From the NCBI RefSeq assembly GCF_009914755.1, contig NC_060947.1: DNA of 64,000 nucleotides, one strand, 5' to 3'. Both the position numbers and the translations under genes were made by a program. Below, one piece after another: positions 1-17,944 of this stretch (position 1 is its first letter; each line of letters starts with the position of its first letter). This DNA is from the human T2T-CHM13v2.0 reference genome, Homo sapiens. The notes under the pieces were generated by a model. That model was not told the DNA's origin. It did not search any database and saw only the letters and a list, made by a program, of their open reading frames with translations.

Positions 1-129
1 GCTGCACCCATTAACTTGTCATTTAGCATTAGGTATATTTCCTAATGCTATCCCTCCCCCCCTCCCCCCACCCCACAACAGTCCCCAGAGTGTGATGTTC
101 CCCTCCCTGTGTCCATGTGTTCTCATTGT

Positions 130-3965
<3,836 letters not shown>

Positions 3966-4013
3966 TTATTTTGCTCGTTAGTTGATGCAGTTTCTTCCTA
4001 GTCTCGATGGTCT

Positions 4014-5030
4014 TTACATTTTGGCATGATTTTGCAGTGGCTGGTACCGGTTGTGCCTTTCCATGTTTAGTGCTTCCTTCAGGAGCTCTTTTAGGGCAGG
4101 CCTGGTGGTGACAAAATCTCTCAGCATTTGCTTGTCTGTTAAGTATTTTATTTCTCCTTCACTTATGAAGCTTAGTTTGGCTGGATATGAAATTCTGGGT
4201 TGAAAATTCTTTTCTTTAAGAATGTTGAATATTGGCCCCCACTCTCTTCTGGCTTGTAGGGTTTCTGCCGAGAGATCCACTGTTAGTCTGATGGGCTTCC
4301 CTTTGTGGGTAACCCGACCTTTCTCTCTGGCTGCCCTTAACATTTTTTCCTTCATTTCAACTTTGGTGAATCTGACAATTATGTGTCTTGGAGTTGCTCT
4401 TCTCGAGGAGTATCTTTGTGGCGTTCTCTGTATTTCCTGAATCTGAATGTTGGCCTGCCTTGCTAGATTGGGGAAGTTCTCCTGGATAATATCCTGCAGA
4501 GTGTTTTCCAACTTGGTTCCATTCTCCCCGTCATTTTCAGGTACACCAATCAGACATAGATTTGGTCTTTTCACATAGTCCCATATTTCTTGGAGGCTTT
4601 GTTTGTTTCTTTTTATTCTTTTTTCTCTAAACTTCCCTTCTCGCTTCATTTCATTCATTTCATCTTCCATCACTGATACCCTTTCTTCCAGTTGATCGCA
4701 TCGGCTCCTGAGGCTTCTGCATTCTTCACGTAGTTCTTGAGCCTTGGCTTTCAGCTCCATCAGCTCCTTTAAGCACTTCTCTGTATTGGTTATTCTAGTT
4801 ATACATTTGTCTAAATTTTTTTCAAAGTTTTCGACTTCTTTGCCTTTGGTTTGAATTTCCTCCTGTAGCTCGGAGTAGTTTGATCTTCTGAAGCCTTCTT
4901 CTCTCAACTCGTCAAAGTCATTCTCCATCCAGCTTTGTTCCGTTGCTGGTGAGGAACTGCATTCCTTTGGAGGAGGACAGGCGCTCTGCTTTTTAGAGTT
5001 TCCAGTTTTTCTGCTCTGTTTTTTCCCCAT
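4014..5030 (-). CDS. L1 ORF1p (RNA-binding chaperone), intact 338 aa
   Basis: MGKKQSRK...QNHAKM, full length; REKG, ARR and YPAKLS motifs present. Confidence 0.95.
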   Translation of the reverse strand: MGKKQSRKTGNSKKQSACPPPKECSSSPATEQSWMENDFDELREEGFRRSNYSELQEEIQTKGKEVENFEKNLDKCITRITNTEKCLKELMELKAKAQELREECRSLRSRCDQLEERVSVMEDEMNEMKREGKFREKRIKRNKQSLQEIWDYVKRPNLCLIGVPENDGENGTKLENTLQDIIQENFPNLARQANIQIQEIQRTPQRYSSRRATPRHIIVRFTKVEMKEKMLRAAREKGRVTHKGKPIRLTVDLSAETLQARREWGPIFNILKEKNFQPRISYPAKLSFISEGEIKYLTDKQMLRDFVTTRPALKELLKEALNMERHNRYQPLQNHAKM

Positions 5031-6065
5031 CTTTGTGGTTTTATCTACTTTTGGTCTTTGATGATGGTGATGTACAGATGGGTCTTTGGTGTGGATGTCC
5101 TTTCTGTTTGTTAGTTTTCCTTCTAACAGACAGGACCCTCAGCTGCAGGTCTGTTGGAGTTTGCTAGAGGTCCACTCCAGACCCTGTTTGCCTGGGTATC
5201 AGCAGCGGTGTCTGCAGAACCGTGGATTTTCGTGATCCGCGAATGCTGCTGTCTAATCGTTCCTCTGGAAGTTTTGTATCAGAGGAGTACCCGGCTGTGT
5301 GAGGTGTCAGTCTGCCCCTACTTGGGGGTGCCTCCCAGTTAGGCTGCTCAGGGGTCAGGGGTCAGGGGCCCACTTGAGGAGACAGTCTGCCCGTCCTCAG
5401 ATCTCAGCTGTGTGCTGAGAGAACCACTGCTCTCCTCAAAGCTGTCAGACAGGGACATTTAAGTCTGTAGAGGTTACTGCTGTCTTTTTGTTTGTCTGTG
5501 CCCTGCCCCCAGAGGTGGAGCCTACAGAGGCAGGCAGGCCTCCTTGAGCTGCGGTGGGCTCCACCCAGTTCGAGCTTCCCGGCTGCTTTGTTTACCTAAG
5601 CGAGCCTGGGCAATGGCGGGCGCCCCCCCCCCAGCCTCGCTGCCACCTTGCAGTTTGATCTCAGACTGCTGTGCTGCCAATCAGCGAGACTCCGTGGGCG
5701 TAGGACCCTCTGAGCCAGGTGCGAGATATAACCTCCTGGTGCGCCGTTTCCTAAGCCCTTCGGAAAAGCGCAGTATTCGGGTGGGAGTGGCCTGATTTCC
5801 CAGGTGCCGTCTGTCACCCCTTTCCTTGACCAGGAAAGGGAACTCCCTGACCCCTTGCACTTCCCAAGTGAGGCAATGCCTTGCCCTGCTTCGGCTGGCA
5901 CACAGTGTGCTGCACCCACTGTCCTGCGCCCACTGTCTGGCACTCCCTAGTGAGATGAACCCGGTACCTCAGATGGAAATGCAGCAATCACCTGTCTTCT
6001 GCGTCGCTCACGCTGGGAGCTGTAGACCGGAGCTGTTCCTATTCGGCCATCTTGGCTCCTCCCCC
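5031..6065 (-). promoter_or_regulatory. L1 5'UTR: sense promoter (YY1 site) and antisense promoter
   Basis: CpG-rich; CAAGATGGCCG YY1 motif at the 5' end. Length is consistent with retention of the ~129-bp ZNF93-binding segment (about 5170-5300). Confidence 0.85.
5613..5795 (+). CDS. L1 antisense ORF0, truncated to 60 aa
   Basis: MAGAPPPASLPPCSLISDCC...RVGVA then stop; matches primate ORF0 with a premature stop. Confidence 0.8.
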   Translation: MAGAPPPASLPPCSLISDCCAANQRDSVGVGPSEPGARYNLLVRRFLSPSEKRSIRVGVA

Positions 6066-6964
6066 TATTTAAGTTTTTAAAATCAATTTTGACTCGATTT
6101 TTGTATATGCTGACAGATAGAAGTCTAGTTTCATTCTTCTGCATATGGATATCCAGTTTTCTGAGCACCATTTCTTTATTGAAGACACTGTCTTTACCTA
6201 GTGCATGTTCTTGGTGCCTTTGTCAAAAATGAGTTCACTGTAAATGTATGGATATGTTTCTGGGTTCTCTATTGAGTTCCATTGGTCTACGTATCTGTTT
6301 CTATGCTAGCACCATGCTGTTTTGGTTGCTACACCTCTGTAGTATCATTTGAATGCATGTAATATGATTCCTCCAGTTTTGTCATTGTTGCTCACTATAG
6401 CTATGGCTATTCTGGTTCTTTTGTGGTTCGGTATAAATTTTAGAATTGTTTTTTCTATTTCTATGAAGAATGTTTTTGGTATTTTTATAGGGATTGCAAT
6501 GAATCTGAAGATTGCTTTGGGCAATACAGACATTTTAACCATATTGATTTTTCCAATCCAAGAACATGGAATATATTTCCATTTTTTGTGTTCTCTTCAA
6601 CTTCTTGCATTAATGTTTCACAGTTTTCATTGTAAAGATCTTTCACTTATTTGCTTAATTCCTAGGTATTTAATTTTATTTGCAGATATTGTAAACAGGA
6701 TTACTTTTTGATTTCTTTTTCAGATTGTTCGCTGTTGACATATAAAACTGCTACCCATTATTGTATGTTGATTTCATATCCTGCAACTTTACTGAATTTA
6801 TCAGTTCTAATAGTTTTTTTGGTGGAGTCTTTGGGTTTTTTTCCAAATATAAAATCATATCATCTGCAAGCAAGAATAATTTCACTTCTTCCTTTGCATT
6901 TTTTATGCCTTTAATTTATTTCTCTTGTCTGGTCGCTGTAGCTAGGACTTCCAGTACTATTTGA

Positions 6965-7808
<844 letters not shown>

Positions 7809-10800
7809 TAATCTCTCATTCTGTTAATATGATGTTTCACATTGATTGATTTGCATGTGTTAAGCCATCCTGGCATTCCTGGAATAAATCCCAGTTGGCC
7901 ATGATGAATGATCTTTTTATTGTGTTACTGAATTCGGTTACTAGTATTTGGTGAAGGATTTTTTGCATAAGTGTTCATCAGGAATATTAGCCTATGGTTG
8001 ACTTTTTTGATGTATCTTTGTTTGGTTTTGGTATCACAGTCATACTGGCCTTGTATAATGAGTTTAAAAGTATCACCTTGTCCTCTATTGTTTGGAATCC
8101 TTTGAGTAGTATCAATATTGGTTCTTCTTTAAATGTTTTGTAGAATTCAGCAGTGAAGCCACTGGGTCCTAAGATTTTTCTTGCTGGGAAAGTTTTTATT
8201 ACAGCTCCAATCTCATTACTTGTTATTGGTCTGTTCAGGTTTTGGATTTCATTGTGGTTCAATCTTGGTAGGCTGTATACGTTTAGGAATTTATTCATTT
8301 CTTCTAGATTTTTAAATTTATCAGCATACAGTTGCTCATAGTAGCCACTAATGATCTTTTGAATTTATGCAGGATCAATTGTAATGTCTCCTTTTTCACT
8401 TCTGATTTTATTTGTTTGGGTCACTTTTTTTTCTTAATTAGTTTGGCTAATGGTTGTGGAATTTTGTCTTTTTTAAAAAAAATAACTTTTCATTTCATTT
8501 ATCTTTTGTATTGTTTTCTTTTTTTCAGTTTTATTTATTTCTGCTGTGATATTTATTATTTCTTCTACTAATTTTGGATTTGGTTTGCTCTCCCTTTTCT
8601 AATTGTTTAAGATGCATCATTAGGTTGTTTATTTTTCTATTTTTCTACATTTCTTATGTAGACACTTAGAGCAATAAACTTCTCTCTTTGTACTGCTTTC
8701 ACTGTATCCCATATGTTGTGAAATGTTGTGTTTCCATTATCATTTCTTTCAATAATTTTTAAATTTCCTCCTTAATTTCTTCATTGACTCACTGGTTGTT
8801 CAGGAGCATATTGTTTAATTTCCATATGTTTGTATAGTTCCACAATTCCTCGTTATTCATTTCTAGTTTCATTTCTATTTCAATCTCTTTGTTAATTTTA
8901 TCTGGTAGGATTCTGAATTCCTTCGCTGTGTTATCTTGCATTTCTTCGCGTTTCCTCAAAACAGCTATTTTGAATTTTCTGTCTGAAAGGTCACATATCT
9001 CTGTCTCTCCATGATTGGTCACTGGTGTCTTATTTAGTCCATTTGGTCAGGTCATGTTTTCCTGGATGGTCTTGATGCTTATGGGTGTTCATTAGTGTCT
9101 GGGCACTGAAGAGCTAAGTATTTATTGTAGTCTTTGTAGTCTGGGCTTGTTTGTACCCATCCTTCTTGGGAAGTCTTTCCAGGTATTTGAAGGGACTTGG
9201 TTATTGCGCTCACTTAATGGTCACTGCAGCTATATCTGCATTAGGGGACACTCCAAGCCCAATAATGCTGTGGTTCTTGCAGACTCACAGAAGTATCACT
9301 TTGGTGGTCCTGAATAAGATCCAGAAGAATTTTCTCGATAACTAGGCAGAGACTCTTGTTCTCTTCGCTTACTTTCTCCCAAATCAACAGAGTCTGTCTC
9401 TGTGCTAAACTGCCTGGGGCTAGGGGAAGGGTGACACAAGCACCCTTATTGCCACCACCACTGATAGGGCACTGGGTCTCACCCAAGGCCCACTATAACC
9501 ACTCCCTGGCTACCACCTATATTCACCTATGGCCCTAGGGCTCCATAATCAGCAGGTGGCAAATTCAGACAGGCTTATGTTCTTCTCTTTAGGGTGGGCT
9601 CTGGGAAGTTCCAGAGATGCCATCTGGGAGCCAGGTCCTGGAGTTGGAAACCTTGGAAATCTACTTGTTGCTCTATTCTCTTAAGGCTTAGTTGGCATCC
9701 AAACTACAAGAAAAGTCCTTTTCACTCTTCCCTCCCTTTTGCACAGGCCAAGAGTCTCTCCCAGTAGCCACCACAACCTCAGGCTTGTGGGAAGTACTTC
9801 CAAGTGTTCACTTTAGGCCCACAGGCTCTTCAGTCAGCTTCTGGTTAATGCTGCCAGGCTTGGAACTCTCCCTTCAGGGCTGAATATTCAGAGCCCACAG
9901 TGGGCTCCCTGTGGTCCAGGGCAGGTCCAGAAATGCCATCCAAGAGGCAAGGCCTGGAATTGGGGACCCCAGGAATCTACTTGGTGATCTACCCCATTCT
10001 GGCCAGGCTGGTACCTAAGCTGCAAGTCAAAGTCCCATCTACTCTTCCTTCTGCTTTTCTCAAGTAGAAGGAGTTTTGCCCCATAGCCTCCACAGCTGGG
10101 AATGTGCTGAGTCACATTTGAAGCCAGCACATCTCAGAGTCTCACCCAAAGCCCATGGCGTATAGTACCTGGCTACCGCTGTTGATTATTCAGGGCTCAC
10201 GGGCTCCTGATTCAGCAAGTGTTTAGTCCTGCCAGGACTCAGTCCCTCCCTTCAAGGCAGCAGGTTTCCAGAAGGCCCAGAGTGTGTCTAGAAATGTTAT
10301 CTGGGATCTAGGGCCTGGAAAGGGGCCTGACAACTCTGCCTATTCTAACTCTGGGATTGGAGGAGGTGTGGCACAAGCGCTTTCTTGGCCAGGGTGGTGT
10401 CTCACTAGATCACGTGCCCCCTCACCAAGTCTACTGGCTCTGAGCCCAGCACAGCACCAGGACTTGCCTAGAAGTTGCGGTCATTGTGGTATAGACTACC
10501 TTTCAAGTTTATTTAGAATCTCAGAGCACTTTGGCCTGCAGTGGTGAGGCTTGCTGGATCTCAAGTTCCAACTACTGGGATGGCCAATTCCCCTCTGCCT
10601 AGGGCTGGTCTACATGCTCCCTTTGTCAACAGTGGTTGAGTTCTGTCCAGTGTTGCTTTCAGCTATGACAGGGCAACACTGAGTTCCAATGTAAAGTCCC
10701 ACAATTACTATGCCCTCCCTCCCGCAAGTCCACAGATTCTCTCTCCATGCCATGAGGCCACTGCCAGGGGATGTGGAAAAGATGGTGCCAGCAGATCAAG

Positions 10801-11044
10801 ATTGTCTTTTCTACCTTCTTTAGAGTTTCTTTCAGTGATATTAAGTTAAAACTTGGTACTATGATCACTCACCTGATTTTTGGTTCGTATGAAGTTTCTT
10901 TTTTGTGTAGACGGTTGTTAAATGTGTTCTTCCTATGGGGAGGATAATCAGTGGAGGCTTCTATTCAGCCACATCGCTCCACCTCCAATTTCCACATTTT
11001 TATTAAAAACTGGCATGATATAAAGAAAATAATACAAGCTTTGA

Positions 11045-11180
11045 AGCTGGGAAAACAATTTTTATTCCTGGCTTCTCAACTTGTTATGGACCTTTGCCGA
11101 GTTAATGTATTTGAACCTCAGATTTTTCATCTATAAAAGAGAGATAATAATACCCCATAGCATGTTATGAATATTACATT
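11045..11180 (+). mobile_element. MIR fragment
   Basis: GAACCTCAGATTTTTCATCTATAAAAGAGAGATAATAATACC resembles the MIR core. Confidence 0.6.
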
Positions 11181-11214
11181 TCTATATATTGATATGACAC
11201 ACAGATGGCATCTA

Positions 11215-13290
11215 AGTGGGTTATGTAATGCTAGCTGCTTCAACAATTTAGAAAATATTCAATGGCCTAACTTACTCAAATTTTATCGCTACAGTTGAGG
11301 TATTCTAATCAGCCAACACATAATCCTAGGTGTTGGGATTTTTCTATTTGCAGTTTTACCATTCCCTGGGCCTCAGGGTATGAGTTTTCAGAAGCCCACC
11401 CCCACTTGATTGCTTTTAGCAATCCATATGAGTCCATATGGAAATGACATATCACTTCCATTCATTCTCCAGTACGTCAGAATTAGTCGTTTGGTAACAC
11501 CTAAACTGAGTGTGCCAGAAAGTTTGGAAAGGTACAGACTGGGGTTGGACCGCCTCCAGCAACAACTCAGCAATATAGAAGTCCCAATTTTTGATGAATA
11601 ACCATCCATCCATCATAGTCAGCCTATCTGATCTCCACATATCCCTGTATGCCCATCTCCCCACGGGTAGAAAGTGCTTACCTGCCTACATAGGTGGCAA
11701 CTTAAATTCCCATCCGATCTCTGCATTTAGCTCAGTCTTAGATGGAAGACTAAAGATTTATCCTTTTTGTCGGGTGTAGGTGTAGCTTCTCCTTGTCTAG
11801 ATACCTATGAAATAAAATATGAACTTTATGCCTCACCCTCAACCCCAGAACACAATGGTAGAGCAAGGACAGGAAAACATCAATCTTTTAAAATTACATT
11901 TTGTAAAGGGAAGAATGGGAAATACAGAAAGGTTACTGATTTATAGAAATTTGGAAATATTGGCAGGCAAGCTTTATAACAATTCCAGGCTTCCGCTCTA
12001 GAAGTGAGTAGAATTCTTGACTAGACTTTCTCTTTTTGTATAGAACTCCATTATCCATTGCTTTATATGTCCAGTGGGTCCACCCTTTGTGGGGATCTTT
12101 GTTATTCATTTTCCTCAATGGACTCATGTAACATAGGCACTAAGTAGGCCGTCCTTGGGGGTTGCACACATTTCATTACTGTTTTTATGCTTATGCAATT
12201 TTAGGGGTCTGTGAGTAGTTTTAATTTTTGATTAGTCAAAGGCTTTGACCCTTGCATGGACTGATAGTCTTTTTGGCAGTACAATTCCTTCAACTACTTT
12301 ACTGGCTTTTGATTGATTAGCTGTTAATCTGTCTAATTTGCTTGTAACCGTATTCAAAGTTCTTTTCCAGACAGAATTCTCATACTTAATCTATCTCTTT
12401 GTTTCCTTATCCTCTTGTCAGTGTCTCAACTACCTTGAGATCATCTGAAATAAAAGGCTTGGGTAGAAGGATACATTCATAATCTGGCCTTTGCTGCAGG
12501 GTAGATTCCTTCTCTTATAATAAGAAGTCCAAACAGGCATTCATTGCTCAAACCTTCATGAGTTTTATCTTCTGCTTTTTAGCTCCATAAGCAATTTGTT
12601 TTTCTAGCCATGTAGGGATCTAAATTTCTGGAGTCTTTCTATTCCCTTTTATATCTGCTCCCAAGCCAGTTCTTGCATGAGTTCAATTTTGTGTGTGTAA
12701 TAACTGTTAAACACAGCAAGTTATAGCCAACATACACTAATATTATGTTTTCCCACCACCTCCCTTTGGGCCACTGGCTCAGTAGGAACCTAATCTTCCT
12801 TTTCAGATATCACAGGTAACACTTTCACCTAGTGTTTTACCACTGCATTATATGTGTGACTCCAGCTTTCTAACCTTTGATATCAGTTTCCACATCACTC
12901 TCCAAATGCCTGCTAAGTCAGGGATATAATTAGACTGCCAGTAGAACCTAACTTCAAGGAATCAATTTCTGTATTTTTAAAGTAATATAGACCATGCTAA
13001 ATGGTGTAATAAATAAATCCCCAAAAGTCAGTGGTTTAACCCAATAGAAGTTTATTTCTCCCTCTCTCTCTTAAAAATCTAATGCTATGTCCCTGATCAT
13101 CCCTAACTACTTTGCACTAATGAAGGGCTCTTTCTATCTTGTGGTTCCACTACCTTCTAAGGCCTCAGAGTTTTCTTGGCATCCAGTTAACAAATGGAGG
13201 GAAAGAGTTTGTAGAATAAATACCCTCCTTCTTCTTAAAAGTATGGACCCAGGAGTGCCATTCATCCCTTCTGTTCATGTTCTATTAGAT
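11215..13290 (-). mobile_element. Degenerate MaLR (MLT1 LTRs with internal sequence)
   Basis: MLT1-like LTR motifs near 11215-11580 and 12970-13290 flank MLT-int-like sequence. Confidence 0.5.
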
Positions 13291-13299
13291 AATATATAT

Positions 13300-13722
13300 G
13301 GTAGTTTAGGCGCTGAAGGATGTAGATGGAGATTAACATGAAGCAATATTATTAGGGAGTGCTTTTGGAATCAACATTTCTGGAAGGGAAGGGAAGAAAG
13401 CAGGATTGGGCAAAGGAAGAAATTGGGCTGTGATGCATTTCCAAAAAAGATCTCAGCCAATATTCATGGGCAGTTGGGAAGGTAAAACGGTCCTTTACAG
13501 CTGTCTCATATTGCAACAAGGGTGCCAGTCTGTATAGACAAATCATTGGATGCAGGCTGCCTTTGGAGAGGAGGTGTGAAATTGAGCAAGACAGCTTGCT
13601 CCAGCTCAGGGCAGTTTTCTGAGGGTGATACAGTTGAGAGCTTTCATCTGGCAGTCCTTCTAGAAGCTGGGGAAGTAAATACTTTAGAACTGAAAAGGAG
13701 ATCTGAGCAGTACATCACAACT
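13300..13722 (-). mobile_element. ERVL LTR (LTR33-like)
   Basis: GGGAGTGCT..GAAGCAGGATTGGGCA..GAAGAAATTG motif typical of the LTR33/LTR16 group. Confidence 0.55.
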
Positions 13723-13964
13723 TATATCATAACTGATTCTAATGTGACACGGGTTACTGAAGGGCATAGGAAATGTTTTCTCGCTCAGGCAGCTCCCTCT
13801 CCTTGATACCTTTACACCATGGAAAAGAGAATATTAATGTTTGGTGGCAATCTCCAACAGAGATAAAACATATTTTTCTGATGTCAGACGTGATTTCTAA
13901 AGAGTGACCACATTTTTACAATAAGCTATATAATATGCCTTATAAAAAATTAATGTTATTTCTT

Positions 13965-14270
13965 TTTTTTTTTTTTTTTTTTTTTTTTTGAGATGGAGTC
14001 TCGCTCTGTCACCAGGCTGGAGTGCAGTGGCGTGATCTCGGATCACCGCAACCTCTGCCTCCCGGTTCAAGCAATTCTCCTGCCTCAGCCTCCCGAGTAG
14101 CTGGGATTACAGGCATGCGCCACCACACCTGGCTAATTTTTTGTATTTTAGCAGAGACAGGGTTTCACCATGTTGGCCAGGCTGGTCTCCAACTTCCTGA
14201 GTACAAGCAATCTGCCCTTCTTGTCCTCCCAAAGTGCTGGGATTACAGACGTGAGCCACCACGCCCAGCC
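13965..14270 (-). mobile_element. Alu (AluS-like)
   Basis: Poly-T, full body, TSD AATGTTATTTCTT. Confidence 0.93.
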
Positions 14271-15380
14271 CAATGTTATTTCTTAGAATCAGATTTACTC
14301 ATTATGTTCATTATTTTCACCATGTGTAGAATTACATATATTTCCCAATTCATGAGTTTTTAAGGTTTATTAAATATATTCATATTTTAAAAATATACCC
14401 AAATATGCATGGACTCAGTAAAATGTATATTTGGCTTTGAGTCATTACAGTGTCCCTTTTAGGTAAGTAATATACATGAAAATTTTAAATTCTTTAACAT
14501 ACTTTTTTGATATATATAAAATATAAAGTCAACATTAGAGGCTTGTTACTATAATACAAGAAAATACAAAATAGATTTGAATTAATTTCTGTCTTCTAAC
14601 ATAAATTATGGGTGAACTACATTTTACATTTTTAAGGGGCGATATTCTTTGAAACCAAACATATAATATTGCAATTGTTCCTACTAAAAATACATTACTT
14701 GGATTCAAGCCTATGGATGCATGTATAGCATGAACTGAGAGGTATCTATTATAGAAGCCTTCAAAATTGGGTTGACAAAGGAGATATGATCTTTCACTGA
14801 GATTTGTACTTTGACATCATTAGGGGATTTCAAAGACATCACTGAGGGTTTCCAAGGAATGCATGTTTCTTCCATAAATGCTCACTTCAATTTTGACACA
14901 GAAATCATTCTCTGACCTTCAGCCTAAACTTGGCTCATAGTCTTCAGTGTTTCCAGTGTAACCAGTCCAGGTTACCCCAAACATAGAGACTGAGAGGGAG
15001 TTCTATGACATTCTCTATGGTATTAGAGCAATCAACCCTTTATCTTTTAGAAGAAACAAACCACTTTGAGGCCCTAGCTACCCCACTACAAATCAACCCT
15101 CAGACAGGAAAGGATAAAAACCCATTGCTCTGTTGGCTTTTGTAATGCCTAAAATTCCAACTCTGGAGATTCAATTTCTTAATCTAAAAGCCCATGTTCA
15201 ACTGAAATAAAAATAACTTGAATGAAGTAAGGGTGGTTTCTATCATTTATTAAAACCTTGATTTAAGTGAATTATCCAATTGTTTTATGAAATAGCTTAC
15301 TAGAAGAAGGAGGTGAACCTGAATGCCAACTGTATTGAATAGAGAAATAGGAGTATCACCAAGTTTGTGCATGAGGAGGG

Positions 15381-15751
15381 TGTATTAGCTATCTACTGCT
15401 GCATAACAAGTTATCCCAAGACTTAGAGGCTTAAAAAAACATTCATTTATTATTTCATAGTTTCTGCAGCATCTAGTCAGAGCTCAATGGGGTCCTGTGT
15501 TTCAGGGTCTATCACAGAATTATATCAAGGTGTTGACTGGGGCTACAGTCTTATCTGAAGATTCAGCTGGGAAAGAATATGCTTCTGAGCTTACTCACAT
15601 GGTTGCCGGCCAGTTTCAGTTCCTTGAGTTCCTTGTGTGATTATATTTCGTGCCTCATTTCCTCATTGGCTGTTGAATAGAGGTTTCTTGCCACATGGGT
15701 CTTTCCAACATTGCAGTTTGTTTACTCAAAGCAAGGTAGCTGGGATGGTAA

Positions 15752-15787
<36 letters not shown>

Positions 15788-15970
15788 CAGAGATTGCCAG
15801 AAATGAGGAAGGCATTGCCCTCTGAAACCTAATCATGGAAGTGATAATCCATTGTCTTTGCTATACTTTATTCATTAGAAGCAGGTCATTGTGTCCTGCC
15901 TACACACAAGAGTGTGAATACCAGAAGCTGGGGATAATTGAGGGATATCTTGGAAAGCTGCATGCCACAA
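15381..15970 (-). mobile_element. MLT1 (MaLR) LTR containing a (GA)n/(GAGACA)n microsatellite
   Basis: TGTATTAGCTATCTACTGCTGCATAACAA start; ends GCTGCATGCCACA. Confidence 0.75.
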
Positions 15971-16164
15971 AGTGGTTGAATATAGAGTAAGGAGAATGGA
16001 GGACCTGATAGCAAACTTCACTAAAATCACGTATCTTGTCTTTGTTGGTACTTGGCTCAAATGATTTATCAAATATTATAATTCTACACCACAATCTTGA
16101 ATTTATTAGAACATAAACTCAATGAAATCTAGAGCTTCTAGAAATCTCAATTTCAACATTGACA

Positions 16165-16385
16165 AAATAACAGTGACTATAGTCAATAATAACTTAATTG
16201 TACATTTTAAAGTCACTTAAAGCATGTAATTGGATGGTTTGTAACTCAAAGAATAAATGCTTGAAGGCATGGATACCCCATCCTCTGTGATGTGATTATT
16301 TCACATTGCATACCTGTATCAAAATATCTCATGTACCCCATAAATATATACACCTACTGCGTACCCACAAAATTGAAAATAAACC
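16165..16385 (+). mobile_element. L1MA 3' end fragment
   Basis: GACTATAGTCAATAATAACTTAATTGTACA...GTACCCACAAAATTG..AATAAA. Confidence 0.85.
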
Positions 16386-17944
16386 TTTTTTAAGAAAAAT
16401 TGATGAAATAAGGATGTTAATGCCTACTACAAAGACTTGTCAGTGAAGATTAACTGAGAATAGTTTTATAGGTGGGATTATGGGTAATTTTTCTTCTCCT
16501 CATATTTCTCAATGCCTTAACATTTTTCCAAAATCAAATCTGTGATTAATTTTAAAAATGCAAAGCACTCAGTATATCATTTAGAATATATTAGGTATTT
16601 AAGTAAATATTAGAATCTATTAGACCTAAACCTGCACTATTGAGTAGAAAGTATATTGAGCCATGGATTTGACGGAGCGTTAATTCTCCTTTATTCAGAA
16701 GTTAATTGCTGTAAAATTGTTCTAAGAAGAGGAAATGAGGACAGGGCAAATTCACTCCTTAATGCTGAATGCACATTGGGAATCAGCTCCATCAATATTC
16801 AGTATACAAGAAGATGGTAATTATATTTACATGGATGAGACCTGCCTTATCATGTACAAGATTCTTGCTAACATTTAAGAGGAGAGATCCACATACCCTA
16901 AATGCAGGCAATCTATCATTGTCTTGGCTTACTGCTACCTAGAAGTACTCCTTTATCTCATTTTCTGCTTATGCCAAACACTTAAAATGCTCTGTATTGT
17001 TGTACTGTACTATCTTCTCTACTCTTTCCCTTTTAACATAAAGAATGATGTTTTGGTGTGGTTTTTTTTTTGTTTGATTTGTTGTCATTCTTTTTCCTTC
17101 AACCTCTTTTTAAAATCCATTTTGAGCTCATTTATTCAAGAAACATTGTCGAATTTTTACAATGACCAAGGCATTTTGAGAATCCGGTCTTATAAAAAAT
17201 ATACTAACTGACTTTAAAGACGTTAGGGCCTATGAGAGAAATTATATGACCACTAACAAGATATAGTCCATGAAAGTGATCAATTTAAGCTAGTGTGATC
17301 AACACAGGCAGCATTAAGGGTCATTTGAGACAGCACTTGGAGGCCAAGATTTGAGATATTCACAGGTAATTACAAACAGTGTGTCAAAGGATAGTTTTGA
17401 AAATGGTAAAAACATGATGCCCTACAAATATGAAATGAGCATGTGTTAAAGATGTTAATGTTAATTAATGAGTTAATTAATGTTAATGTTAATGAGTTAA
17501 TGTTAACTCATTAATGAGAAACTCATCAGGATGGTAAAAATGCTTCAAAGGAGAGTTTAAAAAATAGATTTATATAGTCAGTCAGTTAAGTCCAATGAAA
17601 TGCTGAAATGAACTTACTAATACATAAAAAGTTAATATACTTCAGGGCAATAAAACTGTGTCCTTCAGACTAGTCTTTCCTCCTAAATAGAAATTTACAA
17701 GTTAACATGTAACTTCAGAGCCTGGACCCTGATCAGTAGTAAACAGTAAATCAAACAAATGCACAATCCTCCAGGGAATTATATAATCCTTGAGTGGGCC
17801 TGTCAGGCAATGCTTTACTATGACATCTAAATGACATGTGGTCATTCTTTTGTCTAATCTGTAAGTTTTGGATACTTTTTCTTAGCAAGGATAAATGGCA
17901 TGAACAAGGGCACAGAGGTACGTTTTCAGAAAATAGCACATAGA

